From an uncultured Candidatus Rokubacteria bacterium (GTDB lineage Bacteria; Methylomirabilota; Methylomirabilia; Rokubacteriales; CSP1-6), in the NCBI GenBank assembly GCA_963758635.1, contig CAVWWD010000007.1, positions 338,946-402,945 on the forward strand: DNA of 64,000 nt, in the 5' to 3' direction. Position 1 is the first letter of the stretch. Each line of letters begins with the position of its first letter. The notes beneath the pieces are model-generated. The model was not told the DNA's origin and searched no databases. It saw only the letters and a list, made by a program, of their open reading frames with translations. Position numbers and translations under genes: made by a program. This document shows positions 30,015 through 38,871 of this stretch, one piece after another.

Positions 30015-30910
30015 GCGCCCTTCTGCCAAGTCTGCGTCCAGGCGATCCCGAGCGCCCAGAAATTGGTCCCGGTGCGGCTGTAGACGCCGGTGCTGCCGAA
30101 GACCTTGATCGAGTTGTACCGATTCATCGGTAGGGCGATGGTGAGGCCCAGGCGAACGTTCTCCTCCTTGTCGCCCTTGTCGCCGTCCACGATCGGGCGT
30201 CCCCCGGCATAGTAGGTCGCATCGAGCGCCCCCCACAGCCCGGCCCTGAACTCGTAGACGAGGTGTGCCTGCAGCGAGTAGAGGGGCTCCTGCTCCAGCG
30301 TCTGGCCGCCGAGGAAGTCGTCGTTCGCGGTGAAAAAAGTCGCCGCCGCGGTCATCTCGAGCGTGAAGCGGTCCAGGGCCTTGGACACTCCGACCTCCGG
30401 CCTGATGGACCAGCGATTCGTGCCGATGTTCAGGAGCTTGTCCGAGTCGTACTGGCCGAGGGGCGGGGACACCTCGAGGCCCACTCCCACGATGAGGTCC
30501 TGCTCATAGCCGCCGAACTCCGCGAGGGAGAGGGCCGGAGCCCCGTAGAGATTGACCGAGAACCGGAACCTTGGATCGGCGAGGCCAGACACCTGACGCT
30601 CCCGTTCGTGGCCGGCGAGCTTGGCGCTCCCCGAAGCGCGGGCAAAGGGCACGATCACTCCGAGCTTCCCCGACAGGCCCCAGACATCGAGCGCCCGCAC
30701 GTAGGCGAGGAAGCCGGCGTGAGTCTGCACCTCGGCATCTGTCAATGGGGACGACTGGCTGAAGGCGACGTTGCCGTCCGTGTAGCCGTAGCCCGCGATG
30801 ACGAAATTCATCCCCACCGGGGTGTTCACGTAGGAGCGCGGCTCGAGCTCCTGCCCGTCCGCGCGCCGGGCAGAAATCGCGACGCTGGCCAGGACGAGCG
30901 CCATCGTCAT
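30011..30910 (-). CDS. outer-membrane channel of the MetA-pathway phenol-degradation-like (PF13557-type) family
   Basis: MTMALVLASVAISARRADGQELEPRSYVNTPVGMNFVIAGYGYTDG is the typical N-terminus of this barrel family. It ends ...GIAWTQTWQKGA. Confidence 0.7.
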   Translation of the reverse strand: MTMALVLASVAISARRADGQELEPRSYVNTPVGMNFVIAGYGYTDGNVAFSQSSPLTDAEVQTHAGFLAYVRALDVWGLSGKLGVIVPFARASGSAKLAGHERERQVSGLADPRFRFSVNLYGAPALSLAEFGGYEQDLIVGVGLEVSPPLGQYDSDKLLNIGTNRWSIRPEVGVSKALDRFTLEMTAAATFFTANDDFLGGQTLEQEPLYSLQAHLVYEFRAGLWGALDATYYAGGRPIVDGDKGDKEENVRLGLTIALPMNRYNSIKVFGSTGVYSRTGTNFWALGIAWTQTWQKGA

Positions 30911-31025
30911 CCAGGACAACACCGGCGACGCCTTGACAGGGATCCGCGCGCGACCCCTCACTCCCGGCCGCGACCCCCTGGCGGACGGGCCTGGGCGAGT
31001 GCCGCCCCGGCCAACGGCAAACTGG

Positions 31026-32120
31026 CTAGTATCCCGGAGGAGGCGGTACCGGCATGTAGACCACGCCGCTACTGCCATACCCTGCCGTGTACCAAGTCGG
31101 GCCGCACTTGTAGTAGGGCACGCCGCTCACCGGTATCGGCGCGACGTTGCAGGGCGGCGCGACGGGCGGGGGTGCCGCGGCGGGTGCCGGCGCGGCGGTA
31201 ACGACCGTGGTCGTCGGCGCCGGCTGGCTCGCCGCAGCGACGGCGACGCCCGTGACCATCGCGCCGGCCACGAATCCCGCGGCGGCCTCGTTGCTGTCCC
31301 AATTCGAGCAGTTGGAGCAGCCGCTGCTGGAGTATGAGCTGGAGCTGGAGTATGTGGAGCTGACGGACTGCTGACGCGTTGCCTGGGCCGACTGCGAGCT
31401 GGACTGCATCTGCGTGGCCGTCTGTTCCCGGCTGGCTTGCGCGCCGGTCGCCGTGGACTGCCGCGCGGCCTGATTCTCGCTCGTGCTTGCCTGGCGCCCG
31501 CTCTGATTCTCGCTCGTGGTTGCCTGCCGCTGGCCCTGGGACTCCTGCCGGCCTTGCTGAGCCGAGGACTGCGCCTCGCTGGCCTGACCCTGGCGCTGGC
31601 CCTGGCTGGCAGCAGCCTGTTGCTGTGCGCCGGCAGCGCGTTGACCGCCTCCCTGCGCGGCGCCACCGCCGGCAGCAGCCTGTTGCTGTGCGCCGGCAGC
31701 GCGTTGACCGCCTCCCTGCGCGGCGCCACCGCCGGCAGCAGCCTGTTGCTGTGCGCCGGCAGCGCGTTGGCCGCCTCCCTGCGCGGCGGCACCGCCGGCA
31801 GCAGCCTGTTGCTGTGCGCCGGCAGCGCGTTGGCCGCCTCCCTGCGCGGCGGCGCCGCCTCCGGCTCGCCCTCCGCCTTGGGAGAACCCCCCGCCGGATG
31901 CGGAACCACCGCGCGAGAAGCCGCCCTCACCACCTCCGCCGTGGGCACCGCCCCCACCACCTCCGCCGTGAGCGCCGCCCCCACCACCACCGCCGTGAGC
32001 GCCGCCCCCACCGCGACCACCGCCGCCACGTTGCGCGAATGCCTCACCAGCCAAGCTCACCATGAATACCGCCGCCACGACGATCGCCGCCGCACCGCGC
32101 CACCATGAAGGGATCTTCAT
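31026..32120 (-). CDS. secreted low-complexity Gly/Gln/Ala/Ser-repeat protein with a conserved Cys/Tyr/Pro C-terminal module
   Basis: 364 aa starting with the signal peptide MKIPSWWRGAAAIVVAAVFMVSLAGEAFA. It has GGGGGGAHG x3, AAQGGGQRAAGAQQQAAAGGG x4, a Ser/Gln tract, one TM-like stretch, then CNVAPIPVSGVPYYKCGPTWYTAGYGSSGVVYMPVPPPPGY. The start overlaps the upstream stop (TAATG). Confidence 0.7.
   Translation of the reverse strand: MKIPSWWRGAAAIVVAAVFMVSLAGEAFAQRGGGGRGGGGAHGGGGGGGAHGGGGGGGAHGGGGEGGFSRGGSASGGGFSQGGGRAGGGAAAQGGGQRAAGAQQQAAAGGAAAQGGGQRAAGAQQQAAAGGGAAQGGGQRAAGAQQQAAAGGGAAQGGGQRAAGAQQQAAASQGQRQGQASEAQSSAQQGRQESQGQRQATTSENQSGRQASTSENQAARQSTATGAQASREQTATQMQSSSQSAQATRQQSVSSTYSSSSSYSSSGCSNCSNWDSNEAAAGFVAGAMVTGVAVAAASQPAPTTTVVTAAPAPAAAPPPVAPPCNVAPIPVSGVPYYKCGPTWYTAGYGSSGVVYMPVPPPPGY
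31608..31859. repeat. tandem repeat, 4 x 63 bp (in-frame, inside CDS 31026..32120)
   Basis: The unit is ggcagcagcctgttgctgtgcgccggcagcgcgttgaccgcctccctgcgcggcgccaccgcc. Copies start at 31608, 31671, 31734 and 31797, with 0-4 substitutions per copy. Confidence 0.9.
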
Positions 32121-33031
32121 TACTTGGCTCCTTTGCCCGCGGAAGACTTGCGGGCGGCCGGAGATACACGCGGAAGCTGAGCCGCAAACGCGACTTTCTG
32201 CGCCCCGTCCGGCGGCGTCGCGGAGAATGTCGAGTCCTCGATCGCGGGCGCGAGGTTCCAGTCGGAGAACTGCGCCCAGAACTGCGGCTCGCCCTTGGCC
32301 TTGCCGTAGGTGATCACGACGCGCTGGGGCAGTGGCTGGTCACCGTCGGTCACCCAGACCTGGAAATCGACGGTGTCGGTGCGCGCGGCGAGGTGATGGG
32401 ATGGAGCGCCGTGGACGCTGGTTCGCTCGACGTAGTCGATCGACCGCAATCGATCTCGCATCTCCGCGGGGAACTGGCTGACCAGCATCACCGCGAGCGG
32501 CAGACGCATGCCCAGATCCTTCACGAAGTGCACGATGCTGTCGTCGAGGTTGCCGGGTTGCGGCGCGGTCGCATAGACGTTGCGCGTCGCATCGACGAGC
32601 ACGATCTCCTTGCCGCTGAACACGGTCAGCGTCTTGACCCCGTCGCTGCGCTCGCCCTCGAGGCGCAGGCGGTCGGGCCGGCTCAGGATGACTTTGCGGA
32701 TCTCGGCGAACTCGATCTTCTGTCCGGACGCCTGCACCGCGTCGTACCCGGCACGCAGGCTGACGCTGAGGCGCTGCGTTCCGCCGACGAACTCGGCCAT
32801 GCGCATCAGGATGGCGCGCGCCTGGGCTTGCGACTCGGTGACGGCGGGAGCGGTGGGAGCCCTGGCCACGGGCGCGCTCTTGGTCGGCGCCGCTTGCTGT
32901 GCCGGCGCCGGGTCCGCGGCCGCCAAGGCCACCAGGGCCACCACGAGCATGATCCTCAAGGCGAGGCGACACGTGTCAGGGATTGTACTCATTCGCTTCC
33001 CCCTCATCGGGCGCGGCAGGCCCTTATCCAT
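32120..33031 (-). CDS. DUF2092-like (LolA-fold) periplasmic protein
   Basis: 303 aa with a signal peptide, then AILMRMAEFVGGTQRLSVSLRAGYDAVQASGQKIEF...FQVWVTDGDQPLPQRVVITY, as in DUF2092 proteins. The start may be an internal Met (MSTIP...). Confidence 0.6.
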   Translation of the reverse strand: MDKGLPRPMRGKRMSTIPDTCRLALRIMLVVALVALAAADPAPAQQAAPTKSAPVARAPTAPAVTESQAQARAILMRMAEFVGGTQRLSVSLRAGYDAVQASGQKIEFAEIRKVILSRPDRLRLEGERSDGVKTLTVFSGKEIVLVDATRNVYATAPQPGNLDDSIVHFVKDLGMRLPLAVMLVSQFPAEMRDRLRSIDYVERTSVHGAPSHHLAARTDTVDFQVWVTDGDQPLPQRVVITYGKAKGEPQFWAQFSDWNLAPAIEDSTFSATPPDGAQKVAFAAQLPRVSPAARKSSAGKGAK

Positions 33032-33165
33032 GGTGTAGCACGCGTACCATTCTTCGGTCGGCTTTGTCTATCGCGACGCCCGTGGCCGGAGTGCTGACCG
33101 TCACCCGCCCATGGGACGATCTGCGCCCATCGGGCAGCACGCCCATTGCCACCTTGACATCCGCT

Positions 33166-35022
33166 TCATTTAGGGCGCTCACCGTCCCGCATCGCTTGGG
33201 GCGAGCCGGTCGGCGGGAAGTCCAGAGTGCCGCGCAAGGCGGCGCGACGCTCCGGGCTGAACTCGGGGAAGGGCAGGGCCTGCTGCGCACGGAGGGCCTC
33301 GATCGCGGCGCTGGCCTTCGCGGCGTCCGCCGGCGTGGGGCCGCGGTCGCGTGCGAGGTAGATTGTCTGGGAAGGGGACGCGAGCCCGGTTCCGGCCTCG
33401 ACCACGAGGTCGACGATGCGCAGCAGCAGATCCTCCTGGATGCCCAGGAACTCATCCCAGTTCCGCGTGGTGACGTACGCTCGGATCTCGATCTGGATCG
33501 ACGCGCTGGCGAGCTCCACGAACCGGACCCGGACCTCGTCGTCGCCGACGCGGGGGTGCGCGAGCAGCATCTCGCGCAGCCGGATCAGGACGAGGCGCAG
33601 CTGGTCTGGTGTCGTCTCGTCGCGCAGGTCCAGCCGCTTGAGGAACAGCATCCGATCCCGCTGGCTGAGATTGATGATTGCCATCTGGGCCAGCTCGGCG
33701 TTGGGGATCGTGGTCAATGTCCGATCGGGCCCGCGGATACGGGTCGAGCGGAGGCCGATGGACTCGATCACGCCCATCTTGTCCCCGTACTGGCACACGT
33801 CGCCGACGCGCACCGGCCGGTCCGCGAACAGGTTGAGCGTTCCCAGGAGATTGCCGAGCGTGCTCTGGGCAGCCAGCGCCACCGCCAGGCCCCCGATGCC
33901 GAGTCCTGCCACGATGCCAAAGACGGGCACGCCGAGCTCGCTGGCGCCGTGCGCAATCAGGACGGCCGCGGCCACGAGCCCGACGACGCCGGCGCCGAGG
34001 CGCAGCAGGTTCGCGTCCAGGCTCTCGTTGGGAATGCGCGGGGAGCTGATGATCCACTCGGCGACGAGCATCGCGGCGAGGTACGCGCCCCACGCCGCCG
34101 ACAGGTACCGGGCGATCGCCAGCGTGTCCTCCAGGACCTCGGCGGCGTCGCCCTGGAGGTTGATCTGGAATCCGATGAAGAAGCGGAGCCAGAGCGCCAG
34201 GAGGAACACGACCAGCGGCACGACGAGGCGACGGAGGTAGGCCACGGAGGGAGAAACGTCCTGGCCGCGGGACCGCGTCGAGCGGCGGAGCAGGAGGACC
34301 GCAACGACACACAGGAGGGTAAGCAGCAGGGCCGCGACGAGCTTCCACATGGCGGTGTCCAGAACCGGGCGGCGCGACCACGCGGGCAGCGCCGCCACCA
34401 GGCCCCGTGGAATCCACCACCCGGTGGTCTCCAGCGCCATGAGCCGTGGCGAGCCCAGCGGCATCGGGCGGAGGAACGGCAGGTGCTCCACGGCCGAGTA
34501 GAACTCCTCGATTCGCGCGACGGTCTCGGCGCTGAATAGAAACTCGCCGGCCCGAGGGCCGGTGGCGATCCGGGCGATCGTGATCTCGGTGCCCGGGATC
34601 GTCCATCGATCGCGGTGGGTGTCCGGCGTGAACGCCGTCGCGTCCGGCACGTCCTCGAGCGGCGGGAGCTCCAGGCGCGCGAGCACCTCCCAGAGGAGAT
34701 AGAGGGCCTGCCCTCCGCGCTGCCGCACCGCCGCCGGAGGCAAGGCGCTCAGATCCATCACCCTGGCCGCGCGATCGCGGACCCGAAGCAACTGGACGGC
34801 GGTATCCCGGCTGGGCGCCGCGCGGTACGCCGTCACCGACTCCTCGAACTCCGGGACCACTCCGAGGAAGCTCGCCAGGGTGGCGCGCGGGCTCGACGTG
34901 TCGAGCGGGGCCAGCGGGTGACGGCCCGCCGGCGCTCCGGCCCCTTCTACGCCGGCGGCGCCAACGCCCAGCCCGAGCGCACCGACCAGGACCAGCAACC
35001 GACGTAGGCACGTGCTCAGCAT
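33166..35022 (-). CDS. mechanosensitive ion channel (MscS family) with a large periplasmic N-terminal domain
   Basis: Starts at ATG 35022 (MLSTCLRRLLVLVGALGLG). The MscS core reads LGNLLGTLNLFADRPVRVGDVCQYGDKMGVIESIGLRSTRIRGPDRTLTTIPN. The gene is intact. Confidence 0.85.
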   Translation of the reverse strand: MLSTCLRRLLVLVGALGLGVGAAGVEGAGAPAGRHPLAPLDTSSPRATLASFLGVVPEFEESVTAYRAAPSRDTAVQLLRVRDRAARVMDLSALPPAAVRQRGGQALYLLWEVLARLELPPLEDVPDATAFTPDTHRDRWTIPGTEITIARIATGPRAGEFLFSAETVARIEEFYSAVEHLPFLRPMPLGSPRLMALETTGWWIPRGLVAALPAWSRRPVLDTAMWKLVAALLLTLLCVVAVLLLRRSTRSRGQDVSPSVAYLRRLVVPLVVFLLALWLRFFIGFQINLQGDAAEVLEDTLAIARYLSAAWGAYLAAMLVAEWIISSPRIPNESLDANLLRLGAGVVGLVAAAVLIAHGASELGVPVFGIVAGLGIGGLAVALAAQSTLGNLLGTLNLFADRPVRVGDVCQYGDKMGVIESIGLRSTRIRGPDRTLTTIPNAELAQMAIINLSQRDRMLFLKRLDLRDETTPDQLRLVLIRLREMLLAHPRVGDDEVRVRFVELASASIQIEIRAYVTTRNWDEFLGIQEDLLLRIVDLVVEAGTGLASPSQTIYLARDRGPTPADAAKASAAIEALRAQQALPFPEFSPERRAALRGTLDFPPTGSPQAMRDGERPK

Positions 35023-35158
35023 GACGATCCGCTCCTCATGCTCGGGCCGCGCACCGCCGCGGGGCACCAGACCCGGCCCTCTTCCGGTCGAACATCCCGT
35101 GGTTGTTGGCCTTGGCTGTCCAAGAGCTTCTCGTCCCCCAGTACGGCGACGGCGCCGG

Positions 35159-36223
35159 TCAGTTGGCGGGAATAGTCACTATGGGCAGCTGCTTGCCGCC
35201 GGCTTCCAAGGAGTTGAACAGAATCGTGACGGCGGCGAGCGTGGTTTTCGAGGCGAGGTCTGCCCGGTCAATCCAGAACCACAGGCCTTCGTATGAAACC
35301 GCCGCAAAGGTCAGCTCTGGCTTCTTCTTCCCGCTGTGGACGACGAACCCGTGCGGCACCTGGGAGGTATCCAGGGCAATGGCCGTTCCATCGGTCAAGT
35401 GACTCTGCTGAACTCGAACGCCCGCCCCGAGCGTGACCAGAATTTGCAGCAAAGAACGCGTCCGGATCCCCACCACCCCGGGGTCTGGCGCGCGCGTGGC
35501 AAAGATGACACGTACCCGATCGAGTGCGGCAGGAATGCCCAGCAATCTTCTCAGCTCGGCCATCTGTTCAGTCGGCCCTGTTGTCGAAGGATCGATTGCA
35601 TGGAACCGCACCCAGATTTCAGTGTGGTCCGCCTGCTTCAGGATTTCTGCTTCAATGGCCCGCGCCTCCTGGAGGGTACGCAGGATCTGGAGCAGTTTCC
35701 CGAACTCGGGATCACGCGGTCGCAACCGACCCGCATAAAGACTGTGATTGTGATGCCCTTCAATCGACTCAGCGGCCAGACCCAGGATGAAGTCGGCGGG
35801 TGTTCCGCCCTGGATCGCAAAGATGAGCGCATCGAGCGGCACCGGGCCCATCAGATTTCGCGTAAACCTCTCGCCCGTCAGCGGCGAATAGGAGATAGTC
35901 GGACGATCCGTGAACCTGCCCGACCCACCAGCGCCCACGAACGTGTCGCCGCGCAGGGCCTGGGGCGAGAACTGGCCATTGAGACTCACGCCTGCCTCGA
36001 GGCTGTAACCGCTGACGACAGACACGACTTCCAGAAAGGCGGGCGCGTCCGCATAGCGCGACTTCACAATGTTCAACAACAGTTGTTCCTTCCAGGAATC
36101 CCCAACCGCGATGGTGTAGTGGAGCCGGTCACGCTTGACGAAGCCCGGCCCGACGGACGAACAGGCCGAAGCCAAAGGAACCAGTATCGCGAGGAGCAGG
36201 ATGACGATAGAGTTGGGCATCAT
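35159..36223 (-). CDS. hypothetical lipoprotein
   Basis: Starts at ATG 36223: MMPNSIVILLLAILVPLASAC (lipobox). 354 aa, with visibly lower GC than its neighbours. I recognised no family. Confidence 0.6.
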   Translation of the reverse strand: MMPNSIVILLLAILVPLASACSSVGPGFVKRDRLHYTIAVGDSWKEQLLLNIVKSRYADAPAFLEVVSVVSGYSLEAGVSLNGQFSPQALRGDTFVGAGGSGRFTDRPTISYSPLTGERFTRNLMGPVPLDALIFAIQGGTPADFILGLAAESIEGHHNHSLYAGRLRPRDPEFGKLLQILRTLQEARAIEAEILKQADHTEIWVRFHAIDPSTTGPTEQMAELRRLLGIPAALDRVRVIFATRAPDPGVVGIRTRSLLQILVTLGAGVRVQQSHLTDGTAIALDTSQVPHGFVVHSGKKKPELTFAAVSYEGLWFWIDRADLASKTTLAAVTILFNSLEAGGKQLPIVTIPAN

Positions 36224-36821
36224 GACGCGGCCGACTCCAGGCGACAGTGATTTCCCCGTGAGCACACCGCTGCGCTGTGGGCGGTACCGACCTGAAGGTC
36301 ACGCTTCTCCATCAGGAGTTCCTCCGTGGGGTCCTCCGGGTCAAAAACCGTGGCCGGGTGGATGATACCTCCAAGTCGGGGGGGGCACGAGCGGAGCTGC
36401 GGCGGGCGGGGCCCGACGTCACCCCGAGGTGGTCAGTCGGCTTTGCCGGGAACCACGCGGACGTCGGCGGTCGCAGCCCGGATTCGGTGACGTTGGGTCC
36501 GACGGCGTCCCTCGCGCGAGGAGCAGCTTCACGCACGGCGAAGGCGCGGCGAGCTCGACTCTCTCGCCGCGGAGCCGGCGCAGCGTCGCGACGCCCACCT
36601 CGTCGAGTGAAACGAGCCCGGAGGGATGGCGACGCCGATTCGGGCCAGCGCCCTGACGACGTGGCCGTCGTCCAATACGACCAAAGTCCTATCCGGTCGA
36701 CGACGGTCAAGCGCTAGGATTTCTCGCGTGCCGAGAGGCAGCTTCTCATGGCGGCTGCAGCGATACCGTCTGCGTTCGTGACTTGCGGTGCCCGCGGACC
36801 TGAAAAGGAGGAAGAATCCGT

Positions 36822-37511
36822 ATGAAGGCGTTTCCCGCACTGGCGGCAGTGATGCTCTTGCTCGGGGTGGGCTGCGCCACGACGGTGCAGCGAACGGTCG
36901 AGCGATCGCCGGCCATCTGTGGATTTCTGGGGGCGGAGGTCTGCGAGCAGCTCCAGCCGGGCGAACGGGAGCAAGCGGGTCTGCGCTACGTGAACCCCAA
37001 GGGCATCTTCACCCAGTACGACAAGGTGATGGTCGTCGTGGTTGGCTTCTTCGCAAGTGATTCGTCCAAGGTGCCTCCCCAGGATGAGCAGCGGCTCACG
37101 AACCTTCTCTACAAGAGTCTCCATGAGGCGCTGGTCAAGCGGTATCAGGTGGTGGACGAAGCCGGTCCCAAGGTGATGAAGGTCGAGGTTGCGCTCCTCG
37201 ACGCCGAGGCGGCGACGGCAGGGGCCCGCTCGGTCACGATGGTGGTCCCCCAGCTGCGTGTGCTCGGCACTGGCTACGCCGCCGTGGCGGGAAGATACCC
37301 ATTCTCCGGCGAGGCCTCGGCCACCGTCAAGGTTTCGGACTCCATGACGGAGCAGATCCTCGGGGCCGGCGCGGATCGCCGGGCCGGGGGTGGATCGGCC
37401 TCGGCCGCCGCCCAGTGGCAGTGGGGAGATGCCGAAAACGCGATCAAGCTCTGGGCCTCGCGGCTCGCCGACGGAATGTATGCATACACCTCGGGCGAGA
37501 AGAAGCCGTAG
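36822..37511 (+). CDS. DUF3313-like lipoprotein
   Basis: An AAGGAGG RBS precedes the start. MKAFPALAAVMLLLGVGC is the lipobox. FTQYDKVMVVVVGFF...LHEALVKRYQVVDEAGPKVMKVEVAL is the pattern of DUF3313. Confidence 0.65.
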   Translation: MKAFPALAAVMLLLGVGCATTVQRTVERSPAICGFLGAEVCEQLQPGEREQAGLRYVNPKGIFTQYDKVMVVVVGFFASDSSKVPPQDEQRLTNLLYKSLHEALVKRYQVVDEAGPKVMKVEVALLDAEAATAGARSVTMVVPQLRVLGTGYAAVAGRYPFSGEASATVKVSDSMTEQILGAGADRRAGGGSASAAAQWQWGDAENAIKLWASRLADGMYAYTSGEKKP

Positions 37512-37623
37512 CGAAGCGAATGGCACGCCAGTACGGCCGAACGGTTCGCCATCGGATTCAAGTGAGACACGCAGGCACGGGATGCGAGATCCCGCGGCGG
37601 AAGCGGGGACGAGGAGATCGACG

Positions 37624-38136
37624 ATGCCGCGACTGAAACTGGCAAGGCGGACGGCGCTGTCGATCATCGTGGCGCTGGCCTGGACGGCCATCGGCGAGGC
37701 GCAGCAGATCTTCGTCTATCCCCAGCGTGGGCAGAGCCCGGAGCGGCAGCAGCGCGACCGTTTCGAATGCCACCAGTGGGCGGTGCAGCAGACGGGCTTC
37801 GACCCAAGCAATCCCCAGGTGGCCCAGGCCCCTCCGCCGTCACCGCCCCCGCAGGGTGCGATGGGCGGGCCCTCGGCGGTGCGGGGCGCGGCGGGTGGTG
37901 CTGCCGTCGGCGCCGTGGGCGGCGCAATTGCCGGAAACCCCGGCAAGGGCGCCGCGGTCGGCGCGGCCACCGGAGGGATGATCGGGGCGATGCGCAAGGC
38001 GGACCAGCAGGCCAAGACCCAGCAGCAACAGCAGCAGGCTCAGGCCGCCCAGCAGCAAGCCATGACGCAGGGGTCCTCGTCCTACAACCGTGCCCTGAGC
38101 GCCTGTCTGCAGGGCCGCGGCTACACCGTCCAGTGA
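37624..38136 (+). CDS. glycine-zipper / Gln-rich secreted protein
   Basis: Starts at ATG 37624 (MPRLKLARRTALSIIVALAWTAIGEA). GAAGGAAVGAVGGAIAGNPGKGAAVGAATGGMIGA forms the glycine zipper, followed by a poly-Q tract. Confidence 0.65.
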   Translation: MPRLKLARRTALSIIVALAWTAIGEAQQIFVYPQRGQSPERQQRDRFECHQWAVQQTGFDPSNPQVAQAPPPSPPPQGAMGGPSAVRGAAGGAAVGAVGGAIAGNPGKGAAVGAATGGMIGAMRKADQQAKTQQQQQQAQAAQQQAMTQGSSSYNRALSACLQGRGYTVQ

Positions 38137-38145
38137 GGTGAGGCG

Positions 38146-38551
38146 ATGCGCAGACTGATCGTGATCGGCCTCGTCGTCGCGGGCAGCGTCGGTCCTTTCG
38201 AGGCTGGTGCCGCGGTTCCCGTCGACGGATCGACACCGCTGCTGTGCGCGGTGACCGAGGTGCAGGAGTGCGAGCCCGGAGGCGCCTGCCAGCGGCGCAC
38301 TCCGGAGGCAGTGAATCTCGCGCCGTTCGTCCGGGTCGACGTCAAGGCCAAGCGGCTCGGTAGCGATCGATGGCAGCCGGACGGCGCCGATCCAGGAGGC
38401 GACCCAGGTCGACGGCAAGCTGATCATGCAGGGCGGGCAGGAGGGGCGTAGCTGGGGCGCCGTGATCCTGGGAGAGACCGGGAGGTTTTCCGCAGGCGTC
38501 GTGGACCACGAGGTCGGGTTCCTCATCTTCGGCGTGTGCACGACGCCGTAG
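38146..38551 (+). CDS. small exported hypothetical protein, 1 frame disruption near 38355
   Basis: MRRLIVIGLVVAGSVGPFEAGAA...VRVDVKAKRL is in ORF 38146..38451. The sequence continues in another frame as AIDGSRTAPIQEATQVDGKLIMQGGQEGRSWGAVILGETGRFSAGVVDHEVGFLIFGVCTTP-stop (38549-38551). Confidence 0.5.
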
Positions 38552-38871
38552 GGTGGCCACGAGAACGTCGACCCACCCTCTTTCTGCTCGCGGCAGTCAC
38601 GGGGCATGGCCGGCAGGGTCAGGGTGTGCCGGGGTCATGGCGTGCCGCGCGCGGGGTCCGCCAACCCCGCCCGTGCCCGATGACTCGGAGCCCGCGCGCG
38701 ATCACTATGCCCCGCTCGCCTTCGCTCAACGCGAACGGCCGAACGGGCTTTCCCGGTCCGCTGCCGGGGCTCGCGGAGAGCCGCTGGAGAGCACACTGGA
38801 CCGGGCGCGACGTCCGCCACCCCAGCGGCGGGGGCGTGGATCGTTCCTATCCGCTCAGGCCGCCTGGTTCC

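Noticed and set aside
31127-32108. Regularly spaced repeats and multiple overlapping 220-306-aa ORFs; possible CRISPR or overlapping genes
   Set aside because: The repeats are directly adjacent 63-bp units with no unique spacers. They lie in frame within a signal-peptide-bearing protein gene. The other ORFs are open only because the repeats lack stops in all frames.
36266-36821. Possible decayed STAS/anti-sigma-antagonist-like or receiver-like fragment on the minus strand (…TLVVLDDGHVVRALARIGV… / …SLDEVGVATLRRLRGERVELAAPSPCVKLLLARG…)
   Set aside because: The similarity is only impressionistic, split over two frames, and has no clear start or stop. I left the 550-bp gap unannotated.
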